Shown piece after piece: positions 28,616 to 37,719 of a stretch of DNA of 64,000 nucleotides (position 1 is its first letter; every line of letters begins with the position of its first letter). The notes under the pieces were generated by a model. That model saw only the letters and a list, made by a program, of their open reading frames with translations. It did no database searches and was not told the DNA's origin. A program made the translations under genes and the position numbers. This stretch comes from an uncultured Verrucomicrobiota bacterium (GTDB lineage Bacteria; Verrucomicrobiota; Verrucomicrobiia; Limisphaerales; UBA1412), in contig CALXMK010000005.1 of the NCBI GenBank assembly GCA_944389455.1, positions 3,483 to 67,482 of the forward strand, in the 5' to 3' direction.

Positions 28616-29797
28616 TTAAAACACAGGCTCAGAATTCCAATCTGTCATCAATTTTTCCTGTGGAAAAGCAATCTCAATAATTCGTCTGGCCATTTCTATT
28701 GAGGCCTTATGCTCCTGCCATTCAGCAAGAGCTCTCTTTATAGAGTCTTGCTGTTTTTTATTCAAAAGCAACTGAGCAACTATCTCCTCAAAAAACTCCA
28801 TTTTATCAACCGCCTTATCCCCTTTTTCATTGAAATCTTGCTCCATTACAATTGCTGCGCCCATCTCCTCATAAGCAAGCGCATTAAAATATTGATGATT
28901 ATCCGCTGCATATGGATAAGGAATAAGTAATGCAGGAATCCTCATCGCCGCTATCTCTGCCATTGAAGATGCTCCAGACCGGCTAACCATTGCCGTTGCA
29001 GCTCCCATAACTAGCTCCATCTCGGTTAAATACTTAAAAACAATTGCCTTAATCCCAAGCTTATTATAACATTCAGTAGCTTCTTTAAAATCAAGAGCTC
29101 CCGTCAAATGAATAATCTGCAAATCCGCTACTCTGCGTAAAATATTCTCCGCACTTTGAATCATCATCTGATTAATAGCATGAGCACCTTGGCTGCCACC
29201 CATTACTAGTAAAGTTGGCTTATCAGGATGTAGTCCTAACGACATACGACATCCTCGAACTCCGGATTCATCAACCGGAATAAAACCATCTCGAACAGGC
29301 ATCCCAACAACTTCTAATCTGCGGCAGTGAAGTCTTGATGCTGATTGAGGAAAATGAACAAAGCCAGTATGTACAAAAGGCGCCACCAAACGATTGGCTC
29401 TTCCCGGAATGGAATTCCCCTCATGTAAAAAAGCTTTGCACCTTCCATACGAAGTCGCCAATACTGCTGGAGCACTGGAAAATCCTCCCATTCCTAACAC
29501 CGCACCCGGTTTTTCCGCCGCAAAAAGTTTGCGAAGTTTTAAATACGACTTTAAAAAACGAATCGTAAATCGAACTCCTCCTCCTTTTGTCAGTCCTATA
29601 GCAGGGACTTTAATAACTCTGAAACCGGTTTCAGCCCCGCTTGTCACTTGATCGATCTCCTTCTCCGTAATTAATAAAATAACCTCACAACCCGCCTGAA
29701 GCAACTTTCTGGCTACCGCTAGTCCGGGATAAAAATGTCCCCCGGAACCTCCACACGCCACCACTGCTAAAGGAGATCTTTTATTTTTCTCTTTCAT
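28616..29797 (-). CDS. murG: Undecaprenyldiphospho-muramoylpentapeptide beta-N-acetylglucosaminyltransferase
   Basis: GGSGGHFYPGLAVARKL is the GT28 N-terminal motif, with a C-terminal ...VSRSGASSMAEIAA...P.LLIPYP. Overlaps ftsW by 17 nt. Confidence 0.95.
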   Translation of the reverse strand: MKEKNKRSPLAVVACGGSGGHFYPGLAVARKLLQAGCEVILLITEKEIDQVTSGAETGFRVIKVPAIGLTKGGGVRFTIRFLKSYLKLRKLFAAEKPGAVLGMGGFSSAPAVLATSYGRCKAFLHEGNSIPGRANRLVAPFVHTGFVHFPQSASRLHCRRLEVVGMPVRDGFIPVDESGVRGCRMSLGLHPDKPTLLVMGGSQGAHAINQMMIQSAENILRRVADLQIIHLTGALDFKEATECYNKLGIKAIVFKYLTEMELVMGAATAMVSRSGASSMAEIAAMRIPALLIPYPYAADNHQYFNALAYEEMGAAIVMEQDFNEKGDKAVDKMEFFEEIVAQLLLNKKQQDSIKRALAEWQEHKASIEMARRIIEIAFPQEKLMTDWNSEPVF

Positions 29798-31082
29798 CTC
29801 CCTTTTTTTGTTTAAATAATTTTCCTATTTCTATTTCTCTCTCATCAAGGATAGTTCTTTGGCTCTGAATTGGCCCCAAATTCTCTGATTTATTTCCTCT
29901 TAAAGCTATAGCGAGTAACAATCCTACCGAGATCATCAACATAACAATATTGGTCCCTCCGCGGCTGATAAATGGAAGAGGCATCCCTTTATTCGGCAAT
30001 AAACTTGTTACTACTCCAATATTAATTACCGCCTGAAGCACCAACATTAATGTAATTCCTATTGCCAAATATGTTCCAAAAAGATCTCTCGAACGAGACG
30101 CCACTTTAAAACCGCAAATCAGCAGCAGAACAAATAAACTAATAATCAGTAGAACCGTCACCAATCCCAACTCCTCTCCAATGATAGGAAGAATAAAATC
30201 GGTATGATCTTCTGGTAAAAACCCCATCTTAACTTCCCCAGCTCCCAACCCTTTGCCAAACCATCCTCCGCTGCCAAAAGCCACTAAAGACGAATACGCC
30301 TGCAATCCTACTCCCTGTTTTGTTCCCTCCACATCCAACCAGCTCAAAAGTCTGGCACTTCTCACAGGATCATTATAGAGCCAAATACAAAGCAGTATCA
30401 ATAACGTCCCCGCTGGCACCAATAAATATCTCCATCTGGCCCCCATCACCAACAACATGGATGAAATAATCGCCAGCAGGAAAAATGTCGTTCCTGCATC
30501 CGGTTCTAAAAAAATAAGCAATACCACTCCAGAAACAACCAACATTGGAAATATCAATCCTCCCCAGAAAGTAGGTATCTTAGCCGGATATTTCGATCCA
30601 TACCAGCTCAAAAAAATAACAATCGACAGCTTTGCCAATTCTGAAGGCTGAAAATTAACTCCCCAATGAATCCATCTATGTGACCCTTTTACAGATACTC
30701 CTCCCAACTGAGGAATAAATACAATTGTCAGGAGAAGCATACTTCCCAGCAACAAAACAACTTGAATCCACTTTTGCTGCAACAGCTTATAATCAAACCA
30801 AAGAGCAATTATCGCACAGCAAACTGCGCCCAAGAGAACAAAAAAAGCCTGTCTCTTAAAACTATCCATTCCCTGAATATTACGAGTAGAGACACTCCAT
30901 TCTTTATCAACAGTATTTTCTGCCTCAGCAACGCCTACTGCCGATAACGAGTCAGCAGACATCAAAACGATTGAACTTCTTGTTCCATCCCACTTGGAGT
31001 AGGTAACGCTGTATAATGCTAATAACCCTAAAACAACTAGCAATGATACGCTAAATATGATTAGACCTACTGTCCACTTCAT
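29781..31082 (-). CDS. ftsW: Peptidoglycan glycosyltransferase FtsW (SEDS family)
   Basis: It is a polytopic membrane protein with the SEDS motif FQPSELAKL..VIFLS and ...PFISRGGTN, located between murD/lysM and murG. Confidence 0.9.
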   Translation of the reverse strand: MKWTVGLIIFSVSLLVVLGLLALYSVTYSKWDGTRSSIVLMSADSLSAVGVAEAENTVDKEWSVSTRNIQGMDSFKRQAFFVLLGAVCCAIIALWFDYKLLQQKWIQVVLLLGSMLLLTIVFIPQLGGVSVKGSHRWIHWGVNFQPSELAKLSIVIFLSWYGSKYPAKIPTFWGGLIFPMLVVSGVVLLIFLEPDAGTTFFLLAIISSMLLVMGARWRYLLVPAGTLLILLCIWLYNDPVRSARLLSWLDVEGTKQGVGLQAYSSLVAFGSGGWFGKGLGAGEVKMGFLPEDHTDFILPIIGEELGLVTVLLIISLFVLLLICGFKVASRSRDLFGTYLAIGITLMLVLQAVINIGVVTSLLPNKGMPLPFISRGGTNIVMLMISVGLLLAIALRGNKSENLGPIQSQRTILDEREIEIGKLFKQKKGDEREK

Positions 31083-31187
31083 CTTGGGTTCTTTATCCCC
31101 TTTCAGGCACCGACTTATATTCTCTAAACCGGTGCCTTAGCTTTGTATGATGCTCATTAGAGCTCTATCCAGATTTTCTTCGCTTTT

Positions 31188-32162
31188 CTAAAGCTGATTG
31201 ACTGTTGTGGTATTTGTCAATGCATCTATCGAAGGAAAAGCATTTGGATTTACAACTTCTCCCGTACCATTTGATGGGGCTTCTGGCGGCAACACATTCG
31301 GAGCCTGAGGGTTTACTGCAGGCGTCACAGATGTTTGCGTATTACTTCCACCTGTTTTTTCAGACTCAGTAGGAATCACAAGAACTTGGCCCACTCGAAT
31401 AACATCACCAGAAAGATTATTTGCTGACTTGAGTGCAGCGATTGTCACACCAAATTTACGAGCAATACGGGTTAGATTATCTCCAGGAATTACCTTATAG
31501 GTACTTTGATTGACAGACTGGTTTACCGTTGCGATAGATGGCACTGCTGTCTGATGAACAGAAGGAGCCGGAATAACCAGTTCTTGCCCTATTTTTAACC
31601 TCAACGGATTTACATCCGGATTAGCAGCCTGAATATCGGCTGCACTGACACCATTGTACTTCTTGGAAATAGAATAAAAACTCTCATTGGGTTGGACTTT
31701 GTGAAGAGTCGTCTGTTGCGAAGAAGCAGCAGAGGATATAGTTTGTGCCGGTACTGATGGATTTGCTATCGGAGCCGTTGGCACAGTAGGTGATATCGTA
31801 GGATTAGACACTCCCTGAACAGGCATCTGCGGAATAGCAGAAGTCACTTCTGAGGAGGGAGATGGAATAGACAAAGCATTAGTAATATTAAGATTTGTAC
31901 TAACAATAGGTCCTTCCGAAAAAGGAGGTAAACTTCCTGGAGGCATATTATCATCTGTTTCTGTTGGCAAAGAAGCTGGCTCAGGAAAATCCGTTTTAGG
32001 CTCTTCTTTTTTACAACCTTGGATTAATAATCCGCCTACAATAACGGCATGCAATGCCAAAATAACAAACACGGCAACAGGCCATTTGGATTTACGTCCC
32101 GCTTGCTGCTGGAAGCGAGACCCTTGGGGTATAATTGGATTTTGATTATTCTGGATACTCAT
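31188..32162 (-). CDS. Membrane-anchored protein with Pro/Ser-rich linker and two LysM domains
   Basis: It has an N-terminal cytoplasmic segment, a TM helix (WPVAVFVILALHAVIVGGLLI) and a low-complexity P/S/T-rich spacer. LysM repeats are HKVQPNESFYSISKKYNGVSAADIQAANPDVNPLRLKIGQELVIP and YKVIPGDNLTRIARKFGVTIAALKSANNLSGDVIRVGQVLVIP. Confidence 0.85.
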   Translation of the reverse strand: MSIQNNQNPIIPQGSRFQQQAGRKSKWPVAVFVILALHAVIVGGLLIQGCKKEEPKTDFPEPASLPTETDDNMPPGSLPPFSEGPIVSTNLNITNALSIPSPSSEVTSAIPQMPVQGVSNPTISPTVPTAPIANPSVPAQTISSAASSQQTTLHKVQPNESFYSISKKYNGVSAADIQAANPDVNPLRLKIGQELVIPAPSVHQTAVPSIATVNQSVNQSTYKVIPGDNLTRIARKFGVTIAALKSANNLSGDVIRVGQVLVIPTESEKTGGSNTQTSVTPAVNPQAPNVLPPEAPSNGTGEVVNPNAFPSIDALTNTTTVNQL

Positions 32163-32266
32163 ACGGCATCGTCTCTATTCACTATTTTTATTCATATTGA
32201 TTCCTTAGTCAATTCTCCTGTAAGGAAATAGTCAAAAGAATCATTTATTTAACAAAAAAATCTTCT

Positions 32267-33652
32267 TTAACACTTCAAATATTCAATACTTTTTTTAAAT
32301 ACCATTCCTCGGTGGTGATAACTTGCAAACATATCGAAACTGGAGCAAGCTGGTGACAGGAGCACAATCTCCCCTTTCTTAGCATGAGTTCCTGCATACC
32401 TCACACACTCCTCTAACGAATCTATCTTCATACAAGGAACATATCTTTGCCAACAATCAGCTATTTGAGAACGAGTCTCTCCTATAAGAAGAGCCATTTT
32501 TACTCTCTCACTGAGCAAATCCTCTATCCCGTAAAAAGGAAAACCCTTATCTTTTCCTCCGGCAATCAACCACGTTTTTTTCCCTTTAGGCATCATTTTT
32601 AGTGCCTGACGTGTAGCATCTAAATTGGTCGCTTTTGAATCATCTATATATTGAATTCCATCTATCTCAGCCACCAGTTCACAACGATGCCCCGAAGGCA
32701 AAAAAGTTTTTGCTGCATTGGCTGCATTCTTTAAATCAACTCCCATGATAAGAGCCGCTCCCATCGCAGCCATAACATTCTCAATATTATGATTTCCCTT
32801 TAGATGAATCTGATTAATGTCAAGCCATTCTCCTTCCGTCACCCCATATTGACCAATCGAAAAAATTTTATCCTCTTTTAAGATAATATCGGCCTGTTGG
32901 TTTTCCGAACTATAAGTCAGCACTTTAGAATCAAACCATCCAGTACTCGGCAGCAAATGTGCATATTCACTTCGTAAAATCCGGAGAGTTTCCGCCTCTA
33001 CCAATGCCCAATCTTCACTCCTCTGACGAATAAAAAGTTTCAACTTTTCTCGGATATAAGATTCCATGCTTCCATGCCTTTCTAGGTGATCTGGAGTAAT
33101 ATTCGTTAAAATCCCAATATGAGGTCTAAAACTCTCCACATGCTCTAATTGGAACGAACTAACTTCAAAAACATTAACCTTATATTTGTTTGGCTCTTGA
33201 GCTAAAGCCGAAACCGGATAACCAATATTTCCTGCCGGTTTATTGGTAAAACCGCCAGACTTCAGCAAACAGGAACAAAGCTCTGTTGTCGTTGTCTTAC
33301 CATTGGTTCCCGTCACTGCAACAAGGGGAATCTCCTCCAAAAAACTCCATCCAAATTCTAATTCAGAATATACATTTCGGACAGTCAATTCAATTGACTT
33401 CCGCAAAGAATCTTCTGGCAAAATACCAGGGCTTATTACGGCCAAATCTATCTCTTTGTCAGAAAAGGAATGAATATTCAAGTGCACCTCTGCCCCTAAA
33501 TTCTTCAACTTCTCGGCAGATTTTTGAAGCGACTCTGTCTGGCAGCTATCTAAAACTACCACCTGAGCCCCTCGGGAGAGAGCAAGCTTTGCCGCCTCAA
33601 AACCGCTCATTCCTAACCCCAAAACTGCAACTTTTCTATTCTGAATATCCAT
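32267..33652 (-). CDS. murD: UDP-N-acetylmuramoylalanine--D-glutamate ligase
   Basis: VAVLGLGMSGFEAAKLALSRGAQVVVLD and VTGTNGKTTTTEL match MurD, and the dcw position fits. Confidence 0.95.
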   Translation of the reverse strand: MDIQNRKVAVLGLGMSGFEAAKLALSRGAQVVVLDSCQTESLQKSAEKLKNLGAEVHLNIHSFSDKEIDLAVISPGILPEDSLRKSIELTVRNVYSELEFGWSFLEEIPLVAVTGTNGKTTTTELCSCLLKSGGFTNKPAGNIGYPVSALAQEPNKYKVNVFEVSSFQLEHVESFRPHIGILTNITPDHLERHGSMESYIREKLKLFIRQRSEDWALVEAETLRILRSEYAHLLPSTGWFDSKVLTYSSENQQADIILKEDKIFSIGQYGVTEGEWLDINQIHLKGNHNIENVMAAMGAALIMGVDLKNAANAAKTFLPSGHRCELVAEIDGIQYIDDSKATNLDATRQALKMMPKGKKTWLIAGGKDKGFPFYGIEDLLSERVKMALLIGETRSQIADCWQRYVPCMKIDSLEECVRYAGTHAKKGEIVLLSPACSSFDMFASYHHRGMVFKKSIEYLKC

Positions 33653-33653
33653 T

Positions 33654-34814
33654 CTAGCGTATCTTCAATGTTATAAGAGCTAAAACCGCAAAAATAATTC
33701 CTAAAATATAAAATCTCGTCACCACTTGAGTTTCTTTCCACCCCAACTCTTGAAAGTGATGATGTAAAGGGGCTTTTTTAAAGATCCTCTTCCCTGTGCC
33801 CGTACTAATTCGAGTAGCTTTATAGAAATAACGTTGGAGAGCGGAACTAAAAAACTCAAGCACAAAAACGCCTCCCGCAATTATGATTATAAATGGTTGG
33901 TGGACTAGAACTGCCATAATTCCAAACGCTCCGCCAATGGCCAATGAACCGGTATCCCCCATTGTCACCTGAGCTGGATGACAATTATACCATAGAAAAC
34001 CTAAACTCGCTCCCAGCAACGCAGCACAAAAAACCGTCAATTCACAAGCTCCTTCCACATAAGTTAAATTCAGGTACTCCGCATAATCTACTCGCCCCGT
34101 TAAATAGGTAATAATCAAAAAAACAATTCCACAAATTAATGTACATCCGATTGCTAACCCATCCAATCCGTCCGTTAAATTGACCGCATTACTGCTGCCA
34201 ATAATCGCCAAAACAACAATTATTCCTCCTATAACAGAAGAAAATAGGCCAATAGAGAAAATCGGTTCTTTAAAACAAGGCACCATGACCTCTTCTACTA
34301 AAAATGAAAGACGCGGATTAATAAACAGATAAGCCATGATTGCAACTCCCAGCAATATTTGCACTGCTAATTTAGTATATTCCCCAATTCCTCTAGGCCC
34401 TTCCCCTCGATGAGTTACCTTTTTGTAATCATCATAAAATCCTAAACCTGCAAGGACCAGAAGACTAAGTACTGTCAGGAGCAGCAATTCATTCCACACT
34501 GTCCAAAACATCGCACTTACATCTAAAAAACCTACAATCATCAGTCCTCCCATAGTCGGGGTCCCAATTTTTTTATTATTGATCACTTCCCCTTTCTGAT
34601 CACGATTACCTTCTGAAATATAATCTTCAGGTGCAATTATTTTTAGCCAATTAATAATATATTTACCAAAAAGAATAAATAAGCCAAAAGATGTCAACGC
34701 CGCTCCGGCCGCTCTGACAGAAACATAATCAAAAATCCTCAGCCATGAAAACAGATCCTCCCAACCGTAAATTTTAGCCAGTTCTTGTAAATAATGTGAA
34801 ATAATTGTAATCAT
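33654..34814 (-). CDS. mraY: Phospho-N-acetylmuramoyl-pentapeptide transferase
   Basis: It is a polytopic membrane protein with DDY.K, NA.NLTDGLDGLA and HHHFE motifs. Start chosen at the ATG at 34814, which forms an ATGA overlap with the murF stop; the ORF extends to 34832. Confidence 0.93.
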   Translation of the reverse strand: MITIISHYLQELAKIYGWEDLFSWLRIFDYVSVRAAGAALTSFGLFILFGKYIINWLKIIAPEDYISEGNRDQKGEVINNKKIGTPTMGGLMIVGFLDVSAMFWTVWNELLLLTVLSLLVLAGLGFYDDYKKVTHRGEGPRGIGEYTKLAVQILLGVAIMAYLFINPRLSFLVEEVMVPCFKEPIFSIGLFSSVIGGIIVVLAIIGSSNAVNLTDGLDGLAIGCTLICGIVFLIITYLTGRVDYAEYLNLTYVEGACELTVFCAALLGASLGFLWYNCHPAQVTMGDTGSLAIGGAFGIMAVLVHQPFIIIIAGGVFVLEFFSSALQRYFYKATRISTGTGKRIFKKAPLHHHFQELGWKETQVVTRFYILGIIFAVLALITLKIR

Positions 34815-36220
34815 TCCAACTCCTCCAACCAAGGAACTATCCTTTCAAACATTTGTGAACGAGATGCTTTCAATAAAACCATATCTCCAATCTCCAAATA
34901 TGTCTTTAGATAAGGTTTTAGATCTTCTATTGTGGCACATGCTTTCACTTCCCCTGTAAAAGATGTTTCCATACGAATCTCCTCACACATTTCCTCCGCA
35001 AATTCTCCACAAAATAATAGATAATCTATAGGCAGTTCTGACGCATATCTGGCTATTTGACGATGTATCCGAACCGCCTCAACTCCTATTTCTCCCATTG
35101 TTCCAAGAATAGCACATCTTTTCCCACCTTTTTTCCACGGAGGTAATTCTGCCAAAGTCTCTAGTGCAGCCCGCATCGAATCCTGATTTGCATTATAACA
35201 ATCCTCTATAACAAGCATTCCTCTTCGAATTGATATTTTGGAACGCATTTCAGGAACAGGTGCCGAAGCTAGAGCCTCTACTATCTGCTCCCAACTGATT
35301 CCCTCATTAAATCCTACTGCAATAGCCAACAATGCATTTGTTATGTGGTGACCCCCGGGCTGAGGAATTCTACAAACACACTCTTTCCCATCCGGCATTC
35401 GAACAACAAATTCAGTTCCTTTAAATGAAAGTTTCTTAAGTCTCCCACAAAGTAAAGCATTGCTTTGAAAATTCTTGGACACCGTCACAACATCTCTTTC
35501 GGGCGCTAAACGAGCAATCAACCTATCATATTCAGCAAAATCCTTGTTAATAAATAACTTACCCCCTTTAGGCAAACTTTCTAACAAGACTCCTTCCTCA
35601 GCCAATACTCCCTCTATACTCCCAAAAAATTCCAGGTGTTCATGAGCGATTCCGGTCAGAATTCCATATTGAGGAGCAATCAGCTCCAACAATGGACGCA
35701 ACTCTCCTGGATGATTGCTACCAGCCTCCGCTACCACATAGCGATCCTCCGAGGAAATCCTCAGCAATGTCTCTGGAACTCCAATATGATTATTGAAACT
35801 TTTCCGACTTGCTAATGTCCGGCCTTTTCTGCTGAGAACCGTCGCCAATAATTCCTTGGTCGTCGTCTTGCCATTAGAACCACATACAGCAAAAACTGTT
35901 ACCTTCGGATATTGCCTCCGATAAGCTCCTGCTATCTGACCATAGGCCTGAACAGTATCGTGAACCAACAACACCGTGCTACCCTCTGGAAAATGAATTC
36001 CTTCCGTTCGACTGACAATAAAAAAACGGCAACCATACCGGCCTAAACTCTCAATAAAATCATGTCCATCAAAACGCTCCCCTGGCAGGGCCAAAAAAGC
36101 CCCTCCCTCTAATGGATTACGGCTATCAGTAAAAATCCCTTTTACGAATAACTCTGGATTTCCCTTATAAATTACTCCGCCGGAAGATACTCTCAAAAAC
36201 TCTATACTTCTCTCTTCCAC
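34811..36220 (-). CDS. murF: UDP-N-acetylmuramoyl-tripeptide--D-alanyl-D-alanine ligase
   Basis: The Mur ligase P-loop VCGSNGKTTTKELLATVL and overall MurF architecture are present, and the dcw position fits. Confidence 0.93.
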   Translation of the reverse strand: MEERSIEFLRVSSGGVIYKGNPELFVKGIFTDSRNPLEGGAFLALPGERFDGHDFIESLGRYGCRFFIVSRTEGIHFPEGSTVLLVHDTVQAYGQIAGAYRRQYPKVTVFAVCGSNGKTTTKELLATVLSRKGRTLASRKSFNNHIGVPETLLRISSEDRYVVAEAGSNHPGELRPLLELIAPQYGILTGIAHEHLEFFGSIEGVLAEEGVLLESLPKGGKLFINKDFAEYDRLIARLAPERDVVTVSKNFQSNALLCGRLKKLSFKGTEFVVRMPDGKECVCRIPQPGGHHITNALLAIAVGFNEGISWEQIVEALASAPVPEMRSKISIRRGMLVIEDCYNANQDSMRAALETLAELPPWKKGGKRCAILGTMGEIGVEAVRIHRQIARYASELPIDYLLFCGEFAEEMCEEIRMETSFTGEVKACATIEDLKPYLKTYLEIGDMVLLKASRSQMFERIVPWLEELE

Positions 36221-36222
36221 TC

Positions 36223-37719
36223 TTAATTCTCCTCTTCTCGACAGTAATTTAAGCTTGATAACGCACTGTATGCCTGCAATCTGTCGTCAAAAGGCAGCAG
36301 CACACCATCAAACTCCTGATACGTTTCATGCCCTTTTCCGCAAATTAAGACTATATCTTCTGGTTGGGCGGCCCGAATACCACGTTCAATCGCTAATGCG
36401 CGATCCAACTCCACCTCATACCCATCTTCACGAATTGAACGATACCCTTTCTCAACCTGTAATGCTATATCCAAGGGTTTTTCATGACGAGGATTATCGC
36501 TGGTAATAATAGTATAATCTGAATATTCAGCCGCTACAGCTCCCATTTTAAAGCGCTTCCCCTTATCACGGCTCCCTCCGCAGCCAAAAACAGTCAAAAT
36601 CTTCCCTTTTTTCAATTCTTTTAATGTCTCAAGCACATTTCTCATTGCGTCATCTGTATGCGCATAATCAACCAAGACTGTAAATGGTTGACCTGCCACA
36701 ATCCGCTCTAACCGTCCGGGAATCAAAGGAGCCTTCTCTAAAGCCGCAATAATACGATCTGGAGAAATTCGATGCGCCAACCCCACCCCAACTGCAGCCA
36801 AGACATTAAGTACATTAAATCTTCCTACCATAGGAATCTTTATCCAAAAGCTTCCCTGCGGCAAATAGATTTTCATCTGAGTATAATCTGAAAACAATTT
36901 TACCTCATCCGCATAAATCATTGCTTTAGAATTTAACCCATATGTAAAAACAAATTCTTTATCTGCAAATATTTCCGATAATTTTCTTCCAGCAGCATCA
37001 TCGATATTAATTACCGCCTTGAAAGAAGGATTTTTCTCAAAACCCATCTGGAATAACCTCTTTTTACACTCAAAATAATTTTCCATTGAGCCATGATAAT
37101 CCAGGTGATCTTGAGTTAAATTAGTAAAAACTCCCGTATTAAAACAAATTCCCCCTACCCTTCCCTGTGCTAGCGCATGAGAACTAACCTCCATAACACA
37201 ACTTTTGACTCCCGCATACACCATTTTAGAGAGCATGGATTGAATATCAGGGGCCTCTGGAGTTGTCCGCTGTGCAGGAATCATTCTCTCATCTATCTCA
37301 TAACGAATCGTCCCCAAAAGGCCTGAACGAATTCCCTCTTTCTCTAAGATTGCTTTGCACAGAAAGGTAACTGTCGTTTTACCATTTGTTCCAGTCACTC
37401 CAATCATATCCAGCTTATCAGCTGGATGGCCATAAAATTCAGCCGCGATCAATGGCATCGCTTTGCGAGAATCAGGAACAATAATCCGAGTCATCCCCTT
37501 ATACACCGGCCCTTTCTGCTCGCAAATTACCGCCGAAGCCCCTTTCTCAGCTACCGTCCGAATATAATTATGCCCATCTACGCTACTCCCACGTAAAGCA
37601 ATAAAAAGCTTATTAGGTGTTACTGAACGAGAATCATACGCTATTCCTATAATTTCGCGATCAACAGTCCCTTCCACCTCCGCTTTACCTAAAGTCTCTA
37701 TCAATTGTTTAAGATTCAC
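36223..37719 (-). CDS. murE: UDP-N-acetylmuramoyl-L-alanyl-D-glutamate--2,6-diaminopimelate ligase
   Basis: GVTGTNGKTTVTFL and the DNPR motif (ITSDNPRHE), associated with meso-DAP specificity, are present. A GTG start overlaps the ftsI stop (GTGA at 37716-37719). Confidence 0.93.
   Translation of the reverse strand: MNLKQLIETLGKAEVEGTVDREIIGIAYDSRSVTPNKLFIALRGSSVDGHNYIRTVAEKGASAVICEQKGPVYKGMTRIIVPDSRKAMPLIAAEFYGHPADKLDMIGVTGTNGKTTVTFLCKAILEKEGIRSGLLGTIRYEIDERMIPAQRTTPEAPDIQSMLSKMVYAGVKSCVMEVSSHALAQGRVGGICFNTGVFTNLTQDHLDYHGSMENYFECKKRLFQMGFEKNPSFKAVINIDDAAGRKLSEIFADKEFVFTYGLNSKAMIYADEVKLFSDYTQMKIYLPQGSFWIKIPMVGRFNVLNVLAAVGVGLAHRISPDRIIAALEKAPLIPGRLERIVAGQPFTVLVDYAHTDDAMRNVLETLKELKKGKILTVFGCGGSRDKGKRFKMGAVAAEYSDYTIITSDNPRHEKPLDIALQVEKGYRSIREDGYEVELDRALAIERGIRAAQPEDIVLICGKGHETYQEFDGVLLPFDDRLQAYSALSSLNYCREEEN

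Noticed and set aside
31105-31137. Hairpin AGGCACCG...CGGTGCCT between the LysM gene and ftsW
   Set aside because: It is an 8-bp stem with a 17-nt loop and no T-tract on the transcribed (minus) strand. It is not convincing as a terminator inside a co-oriented cluster.
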